This document shows positions 16,427 to 17,016 of a DNA stretch of 17,016 nt, one piece after another (position 1 is the stretch's first letter; each line of letters opens with the position of its first letter). The stretch comes from Candidatus Bathyarchaeia archaeon (lineage in GTDB: Archaea > Thermoproteota > Bathyarchaeia > Bathyarchaeales > Bathycorpusculaceae). The notes below the pieces were generated by a model. It did no database searches. It was not told the origin of the DNA and saw nothing but the letters and a program-made list of their open reading frames with translations. The position numbers and the translations under genes are program-made. The stretch covers positions 1-17,016 of the forward strand of contig JAVZNC010000010.1 of assembly GCA_038882955.1 (NCBI GenBank). The letters run 5' to 3'.

Positions 16427-16741
16427 ATGAAAAATGAGGATAAATATCGCTTAATTATAACTGTTAAGGAGATAAGGGGATACTGTCCAATCTTCAAAGT
16501 CGGCGACAAAATAGTTGTAGAATCACCGAAAATAATTGTTGAGGAAACAGATAATATGTGCGTTCACGCTTTGGGCTGCATGCTCTCCATGCTTGTTCCA
16601 TTAAGCCGCGGAGTAAGCTTCAAAAATTTGGGCTTGGCAAAAAAGGAAGGCGAAACCGGGTACGTGCAGTGCTTAGACCCTGGAAAGCCCTACACAGACG
16701 GCGGAACAGTGCTCTTTGAAATAAGACGAGAAAGAATTTAA
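16427..16741 (+). CDS. TIGR04076-family three-Cys small protein
   Basis: Pattern GYCPIFKVGD...MCVHAL...QCLDPG...VLFEI. Confidence 0.75.
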   Translation: MKNEDKYRLIITVKEIRGYCPIFKVGDKIVVESPKIIVEETDNMCVHALGCMLSMLVPLSRGVSFKNLGLAKKEGETGYVQCLDPGKPYTDGGTVLFEIRRERI

Positions 16742-16745
16742 GCGA

Positions 16746-17016
16746 TTATTTTTCGACAATCCTTGGGTGAACTAGCTGGCGGCAATAGGGACAGTGAACT
16801 AGCGCCTTGTCACTGGTGGATCTCCACTTCTTCTTGCAAAAGGGACACTCAAACCAAACAGCGGTGCCTGGAACAACAAACCACTGTCGACTCAAAAGCC
16901 ACAAAACTATTCCAGCAATTAGCAGAACATCCCCCAAAACAACGAGATAGATGAGCTTAAGAGAAAGCCATGAGAAAATAGGCAGCTCCTCAGTCCATAG
17001 AAGGGAAAGGAACGTC
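16746..17016 (-). CDS. Membrane protein with C-terminal Zn-ribbon, 5'-truncated by the window
   Basis: Frame is open to the window end (TFLSLLWTEELPIFSWLSLKLIYLVVLGD...). Hydrophobic helix followed by CPFC...CPYC. Confidence 0.75.
   Translation of the reverse strand, partial: TFLSLLWTEELPIFSWLSLKLIYLVVLGDVLLIAGIVLWLLSRQWFVVPGTAVWFECPFCKKKWRSTSDKALVHCPYCRQLVHPRIVEK

Noticed and set aside
1-17016. CRISPR array, transposase, integrase or prophage
   Set aside because: No regularly spaced repeats, terminal inverted repeats or recombinase motifs were seen by eye.

Overview
Archaeal chromosomal window, probably Bathyarchaeia or another TACK lineage. This is an inference from a two-intron tRNA with a non-canonical intron, a crenarchaeal-type single-OB SSB, single-TRAM proteins, a COG1361-type surface protein and the archaeal thiolase/DUF35/HMG-CoA synthase locus. 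In order it contains: partial proC; an uncharacterised nucleotidyltransferase; tRNA-Trp(CCA) with two introns, one carrying box C/D-type guides against the tRNA itself; a GNAT/unknown/MBL-hydrolase operon; an HExxH protein and a ParB-like protein; a secreted metzincin; a TRAM-SSB-TRAM operon behind a long leader hairpin; a MacB-type ABC exporter with an Ig-repeat surface protein and a convergent Yip1 protein; a thiolase-like gene plus a DUF35-HMGS fusion; a TIGR04076-like protein; and a partial membrane Zn-ribbon protein. Best leads: (1) the thiolase homologue has lost its catalytic Cys loop and both His residues, while its partner is a DUF35-fused HMGS with an intact triad but an N-terminal deletion, i.e. 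a remodelled thiolase/DUF35/HMGS complex; (2) a structured 5' leader on an operon of three OB-fold nucleic-acid-binding proteins; (3) the interlocked two-intron, self-guiding tRNA-Trp. No mobile element or CRISPR array was seen. All family calls come from motif recognition by eye, not database searches.
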